64,000 nucleotides of DNA, taken from NCBI GenBank assembly GCA_964016885.1, contig OZ024740.1:205964001-206028000 (forward strand), in the 5' to 3' direction. Under the pieces are notes generated by a model that had not been told where the DNA came from, did not search any database, and saw only the letters and a list, made by a program, of their open reading frames with translations. A program made the position numbers and the translations under genes. This DNA comes from Eledone cirrhosa (lineage: Eukaryota). The number at the start of each line of letters is the position of its first letter. The first letter of the stretch is position 1. Shown in pieces: positions 27,340 to 41,200 of this stretch.

Positions 27340-29405
27340 TAGTTTTTAAAACATTTTTGTAAATTCTCTTTCACCTTCCCTCTCAAACACCTCCCAGGTT
27401 GTAATCACCCCCCCCCCCTCCTATATGTACCTCCCCAATTCCCTATGTATCTCCCCACCCAAGTCCACACCATAAAGTGACCATCCTGGAGCCACAGCAA
27501 TAAACGCCCAGTCAACACTGTAAAGTGGTCATGTAGGTGTCACGACAAAAAGCACCCAGTCCACACTGTAAAGGGGTTGTGTAGGTGTCATGACACAAAG
27601 CACCCAGTACACACTGTAAATGTGGTTGGTGTTAGGAAGGGTATCCAGCCACAGAAACCAAGCCAAAATTAGTTCTGTGTGAGCAAAACACAGTGGCAGA
27701 CCTGGCTGTCTCAATGTCTAACCCATGCTAGCATGGAAAAGGGACATTAAACGATGATGATGATGATTCAGAAGAAAATATCTAAAAATGGATTTGTTAA
27801 TTCAAACGTTTATAGTGTCCTCACAAATTGTTGTGCAAATTTGCAGTAAAGTAAAGGCTTTAATTTTAAATGTAATGCAGTTGTGCTGTTTTGTACTTTG
27901 TAAGAATGTTTTGATGAGGAATGTGGTTTCGTGTGGTACAGGACATTAAGAGTTATGCAATTGTTATTGTTGTTTAGTCACAGATCAGCCTTGTCTCTGC
28001 AGACTTATGTTCAAAAGTATTATAACCATAATAAAGACATAGAAGTGCCTTCATTTGCATGACTGGGGTATTTTAATTTGATAGTGCCTATCTGCCTTCA
28101 GCTGATTTCTTCAAGAGAAAATTACCCCAGTCCTTGATTGATACTTTATTTATTGACCTCTTAAAAGATAAAAGGCAAATATCAGCTTTGACAAGATTTC
28201 AACTTAAAACACAGAGAGCTGGAATGAATTCCACAAAGTATTCTAACTGACCCTATCAATTAACAGCCTTATAGTGTATCTAGGATAGTATTATCTAATG
28301 TGTTCCTTCTGTTTTTGAAAGTACTAAGGTGTAATTTGGAGGAGATTTGGCTACTATTTCTAGCAGGTCAAATAACAGCATAGATGCTCCATCACATAAA
28401 AGGTGAATGCCATAAAGCAGAAGAATTTTGATGTACTGAATCTGTTACTTAGTTTCAAAGTTATCAATTCCCAGAGGAACAGTGTGAAGATGAGGATTAC
28501 AACTCCCATATCCCCATCACTTTTGGCATCATGCCTATTTGGAGAAGGTAATGGTAAACCATATTAGTGCATATTCCAAGAGACATCAGGGCATAAAAAA
28601 TATGTAAAGGGGACTCTTCAGTCATGTTAAGGACTTGACAGCCATTTTAATGCTGGTGCAATGATAAAATGTACCCAGTACAATCTTTAAAGTGATTGGC
28701 TTTAAGAAAGGCATAAAACTGGACAAACCTTTTCAAAAAAGAGTTAAGAGGAAGCTTCATTCGCATGAAAGACATGGCATTCTCTCTAGTGCTGATGACA
28801 CAATAAAATACAGCTGTAAAAACCATGGCAAAATGGAACGTATCTAAGTGAAATGTTGTCCCTTGACTCTTCTATGAAGATAGTCACTCCAATTAAGTAT
28901 TGAACTTGTTCATAGTGACCAGTCCAACCCATGTCAGCATGGAAACATGGACATAAAATGATGATAGTTATGATTTTGAAAATAGCCAATAAGCAAAGCA
29001 AGGTTTGTGACCAACTAAACATGAAGAGATTTTTTTTAAAAACAGCACTTAACAATCCTTCATTAACAATTTCAGTGTATGTTGAAGGTGGCATTAAATA
29101 TTCTGCAATTATATACAATTTGACGGATAAAGATAATATCAGCCTGGCCTTCATGCTTTATTGATTTAAATCACAGGTTCTCAACCCATTTGTCCCTCGA
29201 AATCACGACCCCCCCCCCCCCCCCCCCCCCCGGTATTTTTCCATTTTTAAATATACTACTGATTTTGATATCAGATTACTAAAAAGTTGATTAACAATAT
29301 TCCAAAGATACCATTGCAGGCAGCTGAGAGTATAAATACATTCCTTGAAAGGAAATATATAAATAAAAAAAAAAAAGGAACATAAATGTTCTTTTTTATG
29401 AATAA

Positions 29406-29843
29406 GGAAGGCGCATGGCTTAGTGGTTAGAGCATTGGGCTTGCAATCGAAAGGTTGTGAGTTCAATTCTCGGACCGGGTGATGTGTTGTTTCCTTGAGC
29501 AAGACACTTTATTTCACATTGCTCCAGTTTACTCAGCTGTAGAAATGAGATGATAGGACTGGGGTCCCTATCATTCCACTGCAAAGTGGTCGTGGTGGTG
29601 CCATGACAAAAAAAGCACCCAGCCCACACTGTAAAAGTGGACGTGTAGGCGCCACGGAAAAAAGCACCCAGCACTCGCTGTAAATGAGATTGGTGTTAGG
29701 AAGGGCATCCAGCTGTAGAAATCAAGCCAGAATCAGTTCCCATATGAGCAAGACAAGGTCAGCCAACCGGACACTGCCCACAACAGGACAACCCGTCTAA
29801 CCCATGCTAGCGTGGAAGAACGGACGTAAAACGGTGCTGCTGA
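29406..29843 (+). mobile_element. tRNA-headed SINE with RTE family B 3' tail, nested in the hAT
   Basis: A box TGGCTTAGTGG, B box GTTCAATTC, central CCTTGAGCAAGACACTT. 29576-29835 matches the reverse complement of 10110-10364. Confidence 0.85.
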
Positions 29844-30245
29844 AGGACCAGTTGAATTTGTTATATTCCCACCAGGCGATACTAGCTATTTTGAACATTT
29901 ATACAAGAGCAACTCTTATCTGGAAGAAGGTGGTAAATATATCATTTCAAAGCTTTCCAATTTTCCCTTTAATGAAACGGACAGAATAAATGTTGATATC
30001 TAACTTGATGTCCCCTCCGCTTTGTGAGCTTATAGACCATGGAAGAGGGTTTTCATGACCATATAAGAGGGTATATTTATTAGTAAGTGGTAAAATATAT
30101 ACAACAAATGAGTAAGTGAATTGTAGTAGATGGTTTCCAGTCCAGTCAGACTGCAATTACAAATAAAAAAATTGTTAGTTTGCTTTGTAACAGTAGCATA
30201 TCCAAGTTTTCGGATAAATCAACTTACTTTAACTTTGACCTCATT

Positions 30246-31300
30246 TCAATGGAACCCTTGAGCTTCATGGAGTCTAGCTAACTCTTTGACGTAAGGCTGA
30301 ATTTTCGTAAGGTGCAGCCAGAGATTTCCACATGTAATTACACTGTAGCGGTTGCGAGACTTACTGTACAGTCTGGAAACAGCACCAAACCTCCTCTCGA
30401 CTAAGAATGAGCTTGGAAAAGGCAGAGCAAATCTCTTAGCCCCTGCATGTAGGAGTGGAAATTGATGCTGTATTTCCTCTTACATCCAACAAAGGGGTTC
30501 ACCTATTTTGGGAAATCTAATTTTGATCATGTCATCTGCTTGAAGTTCAATGAATTCTTCCTGAAATTTAACGTCCAAATCGTCGATGGTAGCTATGAAG
30601 GGATTTGCTATCCACATTGGGATGTCCATCGGCAAAAGGTCAACAAACCGTTCTCTCATGTTGTCTTGTAGTGCACGGAGGTGAGTGGTATAAATTTGGA
30701 GTTGGTCATCGCTTACAATGTTTTGAACATTGGCGACACTAGGAAAATTATAGAATTTCCATCAAGAAAGATTCCTTTCGATGACATTCAATTTGGCCAG
30801 GAATGTTTTCACAGCATTCCTTGCTTTAAGCAAGGTGATCTTCTTCCCTTGCAAAGCTATAATGACGCTATTGCATTTGTCGAAGATGTTAGCGAGGTAG
30901 GCGCAGTCTTGCTTCACATTGAGGGTTTTCTTGTACAGTTCTGTGTTGCGTCCTCGAAGAAACTCAATGGTAGAGTCGAACAGTTCAAAGGAGTAAGGCA
31001 CTTGCCCTTTGTAAGCCACCTCACTTCAGTATGAAGGAGCAACTTGACGAATTCTTCGTCATTATCTTGGCACAGTTGCCTAAAAATTCGTTCATTGAGG
31101 GAATGGCATTTGATAAAATTGATGACATCAATGGCCACCTACAAGGACTTGCTTAGCGGCTCACTGACTTTCTTCGCAGCCAAGTGTTGTCGATGAATGA
31201 CACAATGAACAGCAAATACAGATAGATTTTCTCTCTTCAGAAGAGTGACGAAACCCTTATGTTGGCCGACCATTGCTCTTGCGTCATCTGTAGCACATGC
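30246..31300 (-). pseudogene. Buster-type hAT transposase, C-terminal half
   Basis: ACATDDARAMVG, VHCVIHRQHLAAK, LLLHTEVRWLTKG, FPSSFLVERRFGAV; frameshifted. Confidence 0.92.
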
Positions 31301-31650
31301 TTATGTGTTGTATGTGGTCCTAGATGTGTGTATTACCTGCCTGTTTGTTGTATGTGGTCCTAGATGTGTGTGCTACCTGATTGAGTTGTATGTGGTCCTA
31401 GATGTGTGTATTACCTGCCTGTTTGTTGTATGTGGTCCTAGATGTGTGTATTATCTGCCTGTTTGTTGTATGTGGTCCTAGATGTGTGTATTATCTGCCT
31501 GTTTGTTGTATGTGGTCCTAGATGTGTGTGCTACCTCCTTATGTGGTCCTAGATGCGTGTGTATTACCTGCTTATGTGTTGTATGTGGTCCTAGATGTAT
31601 GTATTACCTGTTTGTGTTGTATGTGGTGCTAGATGTGTGTGCTACCCGCT
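31300..31650. repeat. ~40-bp minisatellite (~9 copies)
   Basis: Unit GTTTGTTGTATGTGGTCCTAGATGTGTGTATTATCTGCCT; period 40 at 31421/31461. Confidence 0.92.
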
Positions 31651-34577
31651 TCTGTGTTTTTTCTTTACTTTTTTTATTTGTAATATTATTTATACAATAG
31701 GGAATAAAATAGATCTACATAGTGTTAACTCGTTACGGTTGAGTCAATAATTTCAGGCATGAAATACATTGTTATCGGTGAATGAAAGACAAGATTCTAA
31801 CTGGCTGCATTCAGTGTCCTTGACCCAGTTGACCGTAGGTTTTTCCATTTTTAGGATATCAATTGCCGGTTAATTTCTAGACATGCCTGCACACCTGCTT
31901 ACAGCTGTGGTCAGACCATAGTTATGCTATCTGCATGCTCATTCAAATGCATTCACACTGGCTGTCTCAGAGACATACAAATATGGCTTATAAGACTTAC
32001 CAAAGTAAAGAGCCTTCCAGTGCCCCCCTGACGCCCCCTTGCTCCAAAACGCCCCCGGGGGTGCATATGCCCCCGCTGAGAACCTTTAATCTAAATGATA
32101 AGATGGCTTCCAATAGTTAATGATACAGAGAAATCTATAATTTACTTAGATTATCTTTAGAATAGGAGCATTCGCTAAGAAGATAGCTTTAAGTCATTCA
32201 GACTGAGATTGTGTTACCATTGAGGTTACACCAAGTTCTTGGACAAGACACTTAACCCTGTTATTTTGCTTTTGTAACTTGGTAGTACTATGTTCCTATG
32301 TGATGAGGCACCGGAGGTTACAATATTTAGTGATTGAACAGAGACAATATGGGTTCTAAAAAGATTCTTTAGCCTGGATGTTCATGTGATGACCTCTCTA
32401 GTGTTGGTGTCATGATAAAATGCACCTAGTCCCCCCCCCCCCCCCCCCTGTAAAGTGGTAGTGTTGTTGCTATGATTAAACATACCCAGTACATTCTGTA
32501 AAGTGGTAATGCTGGTGCCACAAAAGAATAAAGCACACCCAGTACAGTGTAAGGTGCTTAGTGTTAAGGAGGGCATCTAGCCTTAGAAACCATGCCAAAT
32601 ATGGAACATAAGAACAAGACATGGTCACAACGGAACAACTTGCTTATGAAATTAACATATGAGTGGCTGAGTATTCCACAGACATGTATATCTTTAACAT
32701 AATTCTCAGGGAGATTCAGCATGACACTGTGACAAGACTAGTCCTTTGAAATGCATGTATAGTCCATCTCATGGGCTTCCACAAAGTTTCCTTTTTCAAT
32801 CACATGGCATGTGTTGACCTGAGGTCATTGTAAATGACACCTGCCCAACAGGCTACACCATGGGATCAAATGTATTAGAACCTAATGATTGCGAAGTGAA
32901 CTTCTTAACCATTTGACCATGAAGCATCCAGGGCCATTGACCCTAGTTCTTATTTCTGTGACACCAATAATTGTATTGATTTCTTTACACTTGGAACTGT
33001 CTTTGTTTGGATCAATGATCATTTTTAGCTTCCTTATCTCCCAGCTATAACAATAAGAAGGCTACCTTATCTTCCAGCTATAACAAATATAATAGGAAGG
33101 CTATTACACACAAATCAATAGCAAACACAATCAAAGGCTATTATATTTTAATCAATATCAGTCCCAATCGAATTCATAAAAGCTTTGCTGATTTTAATAC
33201 TAATGTGTTATCAGCTGAGTTTGCTTTAGAGAATATATGTGTGTTTATATATGTGTGTTTATGTGTGTGTTTGTGTCTCTGCATGTTGATGTATGTGTAC
33301 GTCTGTTTATGTATATGTGTGTGTCTCTGTGTGTTGATATATGTGTTGTCTGTTTATGTATTTGTGTGTGTGTCTCTGTGTGTTGATATGTGTGTGTGTG
33401 TGAAATAAAGTGTGAAAGAGAATAATATTTATATAACATATATCTTAGTGTTTTTATGAGAAAGTGTCAGTCTTGTATTATGTTTTTAGAGTTAATATAT
33501 TTATTGAAGATACAATCTATTTTGGCTTCTCTTAATATTGTCACCTCATAAAAGATTTAGAAAATAAAGCAAAACCAACATTATTCTTCACATTTATAGC
33601 ATGATGAAACACAGAATATATTTTATCTGATTACTGATATAATTCCAACATCATTGAAGAAGAAATCTTTCTAACCTTTGCCATGTTTTCTCTTTGTCTT
33701 CATTTATTCATTCATTCATCATCATCATTTTTTTGTCTGCTTTCTGCACTGGCATGGATTGGACAGGCTCTTAGGTTCTGAGACCAGATGAGTTGGAGCA
33801 ACCCAGTTTGCTTGTTACATTCTATATTGGCATGATTTCTATGGCTGGGTGCTTTTACCACCTTATAGAGTATACTGGGTGTATTTTTGTGATACCAGCA
33901 CATTTACTCTACAGAATGGATTGGGTGTATTTTATCATGGTAACATTAATATTTTACAGACTTTACTATGTGCATTTTATTGTGGCACCAGCACTAGAGA
34001 GGTTGTCACATTCTTGATCAGACTGAAGTCAAACCCTATACTGTCTCCATTTGACTGCCAAACACTAGCTCCCGGTCTCTCGTGTTTACTTTTTGTATTG
34101 CAGTATTACAATACACAATTTACATCATTGATAGTAAGAGGCTGATTAATTGGTATCAGCTAATAAGGTGAGGCTGATTAATCGGTATTTAACCAACTTT
34201 CTTTTCAGTGCATCCCTAGTAATTTTATAAATACAACACTTTAAAACAAACAGTATTCTTTCATAGCACCAGAGGCAGTTCCAGGTGGTTTGATATCAAG
34301 AGTGTTAAAATTAGTGATAATTATTCAGTGGTAATAATTAAAAACGGAAAAGGAAGGACTCTAGGGTAAGAGAAGAATGGGGGGGGGGTGATGTGTCCTA
34401 GGGCGCAGCAGTGTTGGTAATTATTAGTTTGATTTGTGTTTATAAAAGAATTTCATTTGATCTGCCATGTTCTGTTGCTTTTATTTAATCAATAATTTAA
34501 TAATTATACATTGTCACTCACTATTGATATGTAGCCAGTCTGCTTTCTGTTTTTAAGTAGATCTCATTTCTTGATGT

Positions 34578-34830
34578 GGAGGCACCTAGCCTAGTGGTAA
34601 CATGTTGAACTTAGGATCATAATGTTGTGGGTTCTATCCTGGGCTGGGTTGTGTGTTGTGTTCTTGGATAAAACACTTTATTTTATGTTGCGCCAGTAGT
34701 AGCTGGGGGTTTAACCCTATGATGGACTGGCGTCCTGTCTTGGGGGAAGTCTGGTACTCTGTCGCTTCATGCCATAAAAACCAGGATAAGCACTTCCTGG
34801 TGAGCCTCCAGGCTTGAGACAGACTTTTGA
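34578..34830 (+). mobile_element. tRNA-derived SINE (same head type as 29406, different tail); related copies ~41103, ~45238, ~49820
   Basis: Degenerate A and B boxes, TTCTTGGATAAAACACTTTATTT centre, tail GGATAAGCAC..TGAGCCTC..GGCTTGAGACA shared with 45470-45510. Confidence 0.65.
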
Positions 34831-35624
34831 CTTAGACATTTCTTGTTAGGCTAATTATTTTCTTTCGACTAAATTATAAAAAATTTAACCTGGTTTCATT
34901 GGTGTTAAGTGGTTGAGAGTACAAACCTCCCTGTGATAAAGACAATTGCCTGAAATATCACTCAGTGGGATTGAACTTGGGACCTTGTGGTTCGGAACCA
35001 AACTTCTTCACCACTCAGCTATATTTATGTCCACTTTATTATACTTTTGAATAGTACTTGTGGTTCTGTAGTTAATTCAGATGTGTTGTTAAGCCACAGT
35101 CAACTCTGAGAGAACTGACCTGTTATCAAAGACGTTCCAACCATGACAATCCAATTTTTGTTGTATATCTAGGACAACATTGTCCAATGTGGCATTTCAA
35201 CTTTTAAGACAGTAGGGCATAATTTGAAGATGATATGGCCAGAGCGGGCACCTAGGTATTTAGCATCTTAGTTTAGTTCTTCGAGACTTTTAACACTGAC
35301 CACACTAAGAAAATTACTAAGCCTGAATTTTCCACTATACAATAATACACTCACCCATGCAAAATCATTTGAATGGTTATAACATCATATGACCCTCTCC
35401 CCTGCTTTAGATATTACCACATTATTACTAATATGTTTAGTGATTTATTTATTGACCACAGGAAATTATATATTTAAATTAATTTTACAAATTTGTATAA
35501 AACAGTGAAAGGTTCAGTATTGTACCTCTCTGAGGTCTGTGACCTAGGCTGCTGCCTAGTTGGCCTTAATGGTAACACCAGCACTGGATAAGGCTGCTGT
35601 TTCTAAAATGTTGAGTGACAGTAT

Positions 35625-35812
35625 GGTGGATTGGCAGTATCGGTAGAGAGTCGGATGCCATGCTTTCCAGCATAGAGTTAGGTCCCTTTACGGACTGACT
35701 TCAAATCCCGCCAAAGTTAACTTTGCCTTTCATCCTTACAGGGTCGATAAAATAAAGTACCAGTAATATACTGGTTAATCGGTGGCCTTGTGCCAGAAGT
35801 AGAAACAATTAT
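35625..35812 (+). mobile_element. tRNA-derived SINE with Nin/Deu-like central domain
   Basis: ACTTTGCCTTTCATCCT..GGGTCGATAAAATAAAGTACCAG; homologous copies at 53643-53830 and 62428-62615. Confidence 0.75.
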
Positions 35813-37013
35813 TACATTTAAATATGTCTTTTACTGTTAAGTTGAAAGTTAGTTCTTTCATTAGATATTTCATAATTCTTGATTTATTTTGATAATTAAA
35901 CACAAAGACAGTATACTCTTGTTAGGAATATGGTCACTAAAGGGTTACATTAACCTTATTTATAACAGATTGTAGCTTATCAAAATTAACCATAATTCAA
36001 TTCCAAAAAGTTGACTTCAAAATGGGTTCCAGTGCATGATCCAAAATTGAGAGATCGCTTTTACCTCTAACTTAATTTTACAATCTAATAGTGTCTTGGC
36101 CTTATTCAACATACTTTATAAATAAAATTGCCACTGACTTCTATGTAAGAACCTTTATGTTCCAAACAACAATTTAATTATGAGAAAGTTAACTATATTA
36201 CTAAATCCTTCTAAATTCTTCATTTGATTAATTCAAATAGTTTATTTCATTGGAAATATGGTTGCAAACTAATTTAAAGTTGGACAGTGGCAAACCGTCC
36301 ACTCCATGTCTGCAATGAAAACATGTAAAATAATGATGATGATGATATACATGTACAATGATACACTGGGCTTTCATCTACTAGAGGAGAAGACACTTGC
36401 TTAAGGCACTATGCAGTGGGAATGAACTCCAAACCACAATTAATTACTTAACCACATAGCCATAGCTGTGTTAATTTATGAAACTTAATGAACTACTACT
36501 TTTGTATTGTTGTATCTAATTCTTGAATCTGTTGCAAAATGTACATCCAGTACATTCTGTCAGCAATTGTGTGCATCTGTGTGTGTATCTGTGTCTGTGA
36601 CTTTAAGTGTGTGTGTGTGTGTGTGTGTGTGTTTGTTTTTGCCTGTCTGTGTGTAACAGATTGGCAGAGAATAACAAGACAATGGCACCACTGATAGTTA
36701 TATTTGTAGACTGTGTGTGTGTGTGTGTGGTAGACAGACTACAAACAGTAGGAGTACAAGACAATGGAATAACTGATATATTTGTAGATTAGATCTAAAT
36801 TTACAGCCAGCAATGTCTAAATATCAAGACAGTCAACACTGCTGGAGTTAATTTTAGATCACATATATATATATAAATATATTTATATATACTGTAACTA
36901 TACTAACTCACATCAAATATTGGTATAATGATCAAGTGTTCTTTCTTTCATTTTTTTCTTTTTTTTTCTCTCCTTTGTATGTGCATACACACACACACAT
37001 AATATATATATAT

Positions 37014-37435
37014 CGGTACTCAGTAATAGAGAAGACCCGCCTTACCTAAATACAAAGTAAAACCTACTACAGTCAGTAGGCATCTCTAACAAAATACACC
37101 CCCGTCCCACCACCCCCACCCCATCCACACCGCCCCCTTCTATGTAAAGTTATGTTGGTGCCACACCATCCAGGCTGAAACAAATGAGATCGTGTAGGTG
37201 TCACGACAAAAAACACACAGTCCACGCTGTAATGTGGCCGTGTAGGCAACACGGTAAAAACCTCCCAGTCCCACACTGTAAATGTGGTTGGTGTTAGGAA
37301 GGGCATCCAACTGTAGAAAACCTGCCAGACAGTCCTATGCGAGCAAGACAATCACTCTTGCCTCAAGTGGGAAAACCCCCGTCCAAACCCATGCAAGCGT
37401 GGAACACGGACGTTAAACGTTGATGATGATGATGA
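37014..37435 (+). mobile_element. RTE family A 3' UTR fragment in (TA)n
   Basis: Reverse complement of ~52-447; (GAT)n tail; TA runs on both sides. Confidence 0.9.
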
Positions 37436-37699
37436 TATATATATTCCAACTCATACCATCAGGGAAAGAAGGGAAAAGAAGGTATTGAATGGATGTTCCT
37501 CCTCTGTCCTCCTCTATTGTGCTCTCCTTCTCCTATCCCCAATTTAACTTCTTTATCCAACCCATACTCCCATAGAAAACCAGGCATGCCTCACAATATA
37601 CCAACAGATGAAACTCACTCTCTTCTAGCCCATGTCCATGCCCTGATGTTTTCTCTCTCACTGTACTATGAACTCCCCCATCCTACCAGTACTTTCCCA

Positions 37700-38142
37700 G
37701 TACTGGTGCCATGATAAAATTCGCCCACTCCATCCTGTAAGCTAGTAGTGCTGAGGCTACAGAAAAACACCCAGTCCACATTGTGAATTAGTAGTGCTGG
37801 TACCATGCAAAAAACACCCAGTTCACCCTGTAAGGTGGTAATGTTGTTGCCATGGCAAAAAGCACAGCAGTCAACTCTGTAAGGTGGTAGTACTGGTGCC
37901 ATGACAAAAAGCACCAGCTCCACCTTGTAAGGTGGTAGTGCTGGTGTCACAATAAAATGCTTCCAGTCCACACTAAGGTGGTTAGTGTTAGGAAGGGCAT
38001 CCATCCATAGAAACTAAGCCAAAAGCGGAGCACACAAGCAAGAAAAGGTCACCTAAACAGTCTAGTTTCAGTATGACAACCCATTTAACCCATGCAAGCA
38101 TGGAAAATAGAGGTTAAACGGTTATGATGATGATGATGATGA
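37700..38142 (+). mobile_element. RTE-tail element with ~6 degenerate ~47-bp internal repeats
   Basis: Repeats of GTGCCATGAxAAAA..CCCAGT.CAC..TGTAA, then GGAAGGGCATCC, AACCCATGC.AGCATGGAAAA and (GAT)n. Confidence 0.75.
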
Positions 38143-38260
38143 TAGGCAAAGCCATGTGGTTAAGGAGTTCATTTTGCAATATTGAGGTCTTGGGCTCAAT
38201 TCCACTGTGATGCATTTTTAGCCGAGTGTCTTTTCCCATTGCCTTGGTTCTAACCAAGCT

Positions 38261-38292
<32 letters not shown>

Positions 38293-41200
38293 ACATACAC
38301 TTTCCATGTTTTTATGGGTTGTATGGATTCTTAGCCCCCCCCCCCCCCCCCTCCCTCCTATGTGTCACATAGAACCTTTCTGAAGTGCAAGTGGTTGTGC
38401 ATTTCCTAGACATGTGTATCTTTAACAGAATTCTCAGGGAGATTCAGTGTGATGTGACAGTGTTTGACAAAGTTGGTCTTTTAAATTACAAGCACAACTC
38501 ATTTTTGCCATCTGTATAGACTGAAGGAATGTAAAATAGAGTGTTTTGCTCAAAGATACAACATGCTGCCTGGAATTATGCACCCAACATCCTAACTACT
38601 AACCCCATACACACATGCTAGGTTTTGGGACACAGGTATAACTTGATATAGTTAATACTAGTCAAGGACACAGTTGTTAATAGATACATCATCATCATCA
38701 TTATTTTAGGTCCATTTTTCCATGCTAGCATGGGTTTGATACAGTTAATATTAACCAGTTCACAGACGTGCTAGGTTTTGGGACTCAGCTATAACCAGTT
38801 GGGTTTATTTCTCATGAAATATGCTTTGTATGATTTACTTGACCTTTGTCACATTTGCTCATTATATATGATTAAAGACCATGTGAACACAATTTTATAA
38901 AGGTTTGAGTATTTGTTTCTGTACTGTATTCTTCTATTCATTATGTTACACCCAAATCCTTAGTTTTAGATTCATTATTTGCCCATGACTCTGTTTTACC
39001 CTCCCCCATCTCCCTTCTCAGCTTTAACTTCTAAAATACAATAATGATTGAGCAAGAAATATCTAAAAAGAGGTTTATTAATTCAAATGTTTATAGTATC
39101 TTTACTTGTGGGCATATCATTGAACATTTGCAGTATTTAACCCTTTAGCATTTACATTACTCTATATATATACTATTGTATTTTCGTGGTAAAGGCTTTA
39201 TCTCACATAATATCGAATCTATGAGATTTTGATATTATTTATTTTGAGAACTTAACATCAGTATGAGTGATTAGTTATGGCCAGTTTGAACAGAAAGAGG
39301 TGAGAGAATTCTGGCCAGATATAGCTGGTTTAAATGCTAAGCAAAAATAGCTTTGCCAGTGTGGCTTCATATGGTTTTTACTGGATGACAAAAGTTAACC
39401 ACCATCACTACCACCACACACAGTGTGATACAAGAGCGGAGCTGGGTAAAAATGTCTAGTAAAATGTGCACACTGTTGGTTTTTCAAGAAAGTAGAACAA
39501 ATTTTGAAAAAAGTAAAAAAATAGATTATCAGGCCATGATCAAAAGTTATGCAAATTTCTGGGGAAAAAAACGAAGGGTAGAAAATTCGAGTGATTACGC
39601 AATATGTTACAAGATTTGGTTTCAATTCATGAGTAAATAAACTAGTGTTAGGAAACTATAATAGATATATGAAGCGCTTCGCATGGTTAAATTTTTATTT
39701 ATCAAGGAACATTTAAAAAATATTTTTCCTCCAAAATTATTCCCATTTTTAGACTATTCATGAGACACTGTCCAACCCATGCCAGTGTAGAACAACAGAC
39801 ATAAAAATGATGATGAATCATATTAATCTTATCTAGTTACATCTATCTCTCAATCTAAGCACACCTGTGAAAAGATGAATATTAACCCCTTTAATACTAA
39901 AACTATCTCTACTTCTATGAAGCTAAACCACCCATTTTAAAGGGTGCCTATTTAAATTAAAATCTTCCAACATAATTGTATATAAGAACCATATTTTAAG
40001 TTAGTTTCTTAGTAATGAAATAATTTATAGTTTTAATATTTCCCTCAAAATTCTTCATTAATTAATTGAAATGAGCATATTTCATGAGAAATAAACCCAA
40101 CTGGTTATAGCTGAGTTCCAAAACCTAGCACGTCTGTGAACTGGTTAATATTAACTGTATCAAACCCATGCTAGCGTGGAAAAATGGACCTAAAATAATG
40201 ATGATGATGATGTATCTATTTACAACTGTGTCCCTGACTAGTATTAACTATATCAAGTTATACCTGTGTCCCAAAACCTAGCACGTTTGTGAAATGGTTA
40301 GTATTAACTGTATTGAGTTACAACTAAGTCACCTCACACCTGTAAAATGTTTAATCATTCTTGAGATGTGCTGATAAAAAATGTTTGACTTATTAATAAA
40401 TGTCAAGTTTACAGAGACCTGCATTAAACAGTAACTTTGGCAGCTTTTCAAACAAATAGCAATGTCAGTGAGTTAGATACCCTGCTTAAATTAATGTTCA
40501 ACCAGGATCTGGTGAGTTATACAATGTGTTATGTATTAGATACTGTGTACTTGCAATATTCAAGATACCAATAAGAAATTGTATAACTTGTCTGGAAATT
40601 TGAGTTCTGTGCTCCATAAAAGTAGTCACTGGGTTATCTTATTACCATATTTCTAATGAAATGCACTGCCTGTATGTTTCAATTAATTTTGAAGATAATA
40701 ATAAATTTGGAAAAATTTAGTAAAATAACTAATTTTCTTATTATTAAGTTTATGTTTAGAACATTACTTAATAAAAAATCTCTGGCATCCTGTCCATTTC
40801 TTCTTTGGACGTCCTTGCCCCCCCCCCCCCCAAAAAAAAACAAACTGTTCTTTAGGTGATTGTTTTGGCTAATCCATAAGATCTTGTCATATTATCTATC
40901 ATCTCATATTTGTTTTCTTAACTGTGGTTAACCGTGGTTAGCAGGTCTATGTAGTTGCCCACATGTTGCCTGATAGCCGTGCAAATTCTTTTGTTGCTTA
41001 TGAATTAAAAGAGTGGTGAGGTAATTAATATTTGACAGAAATAAATAGTCCTGTCAAAATGTGTCATAACTAGACCTATGTTGTATTTCTTTATGATTGA
41101 TGAAGGTGCTTGGCCTAGTGGTTAAAGGTTAGACTCCCAGTCATAAGGTCATGGGTTCGATTCCTAGACTAGGTTGTGTTTTGTGTTCTTGAGTAAGATG

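Larger units (their letters stand above)
29172..32088 (-). mobile_element. hAT (Buster/Charlie-type) transposon, defective
   Basis: Imperfect TIRs CACAGGTTCTCAAC / GCTGAGAACCTTTA; 8-bp TSD ATTTAAAT / ATCTAAAT with central TA. Confidence 0.8.

Noticed and set aside
29406-29480. tRNA gene
   Set aside because: A and B boxes are present, but the sequence continues into a SINE body and the acceptor stem is not convincing.
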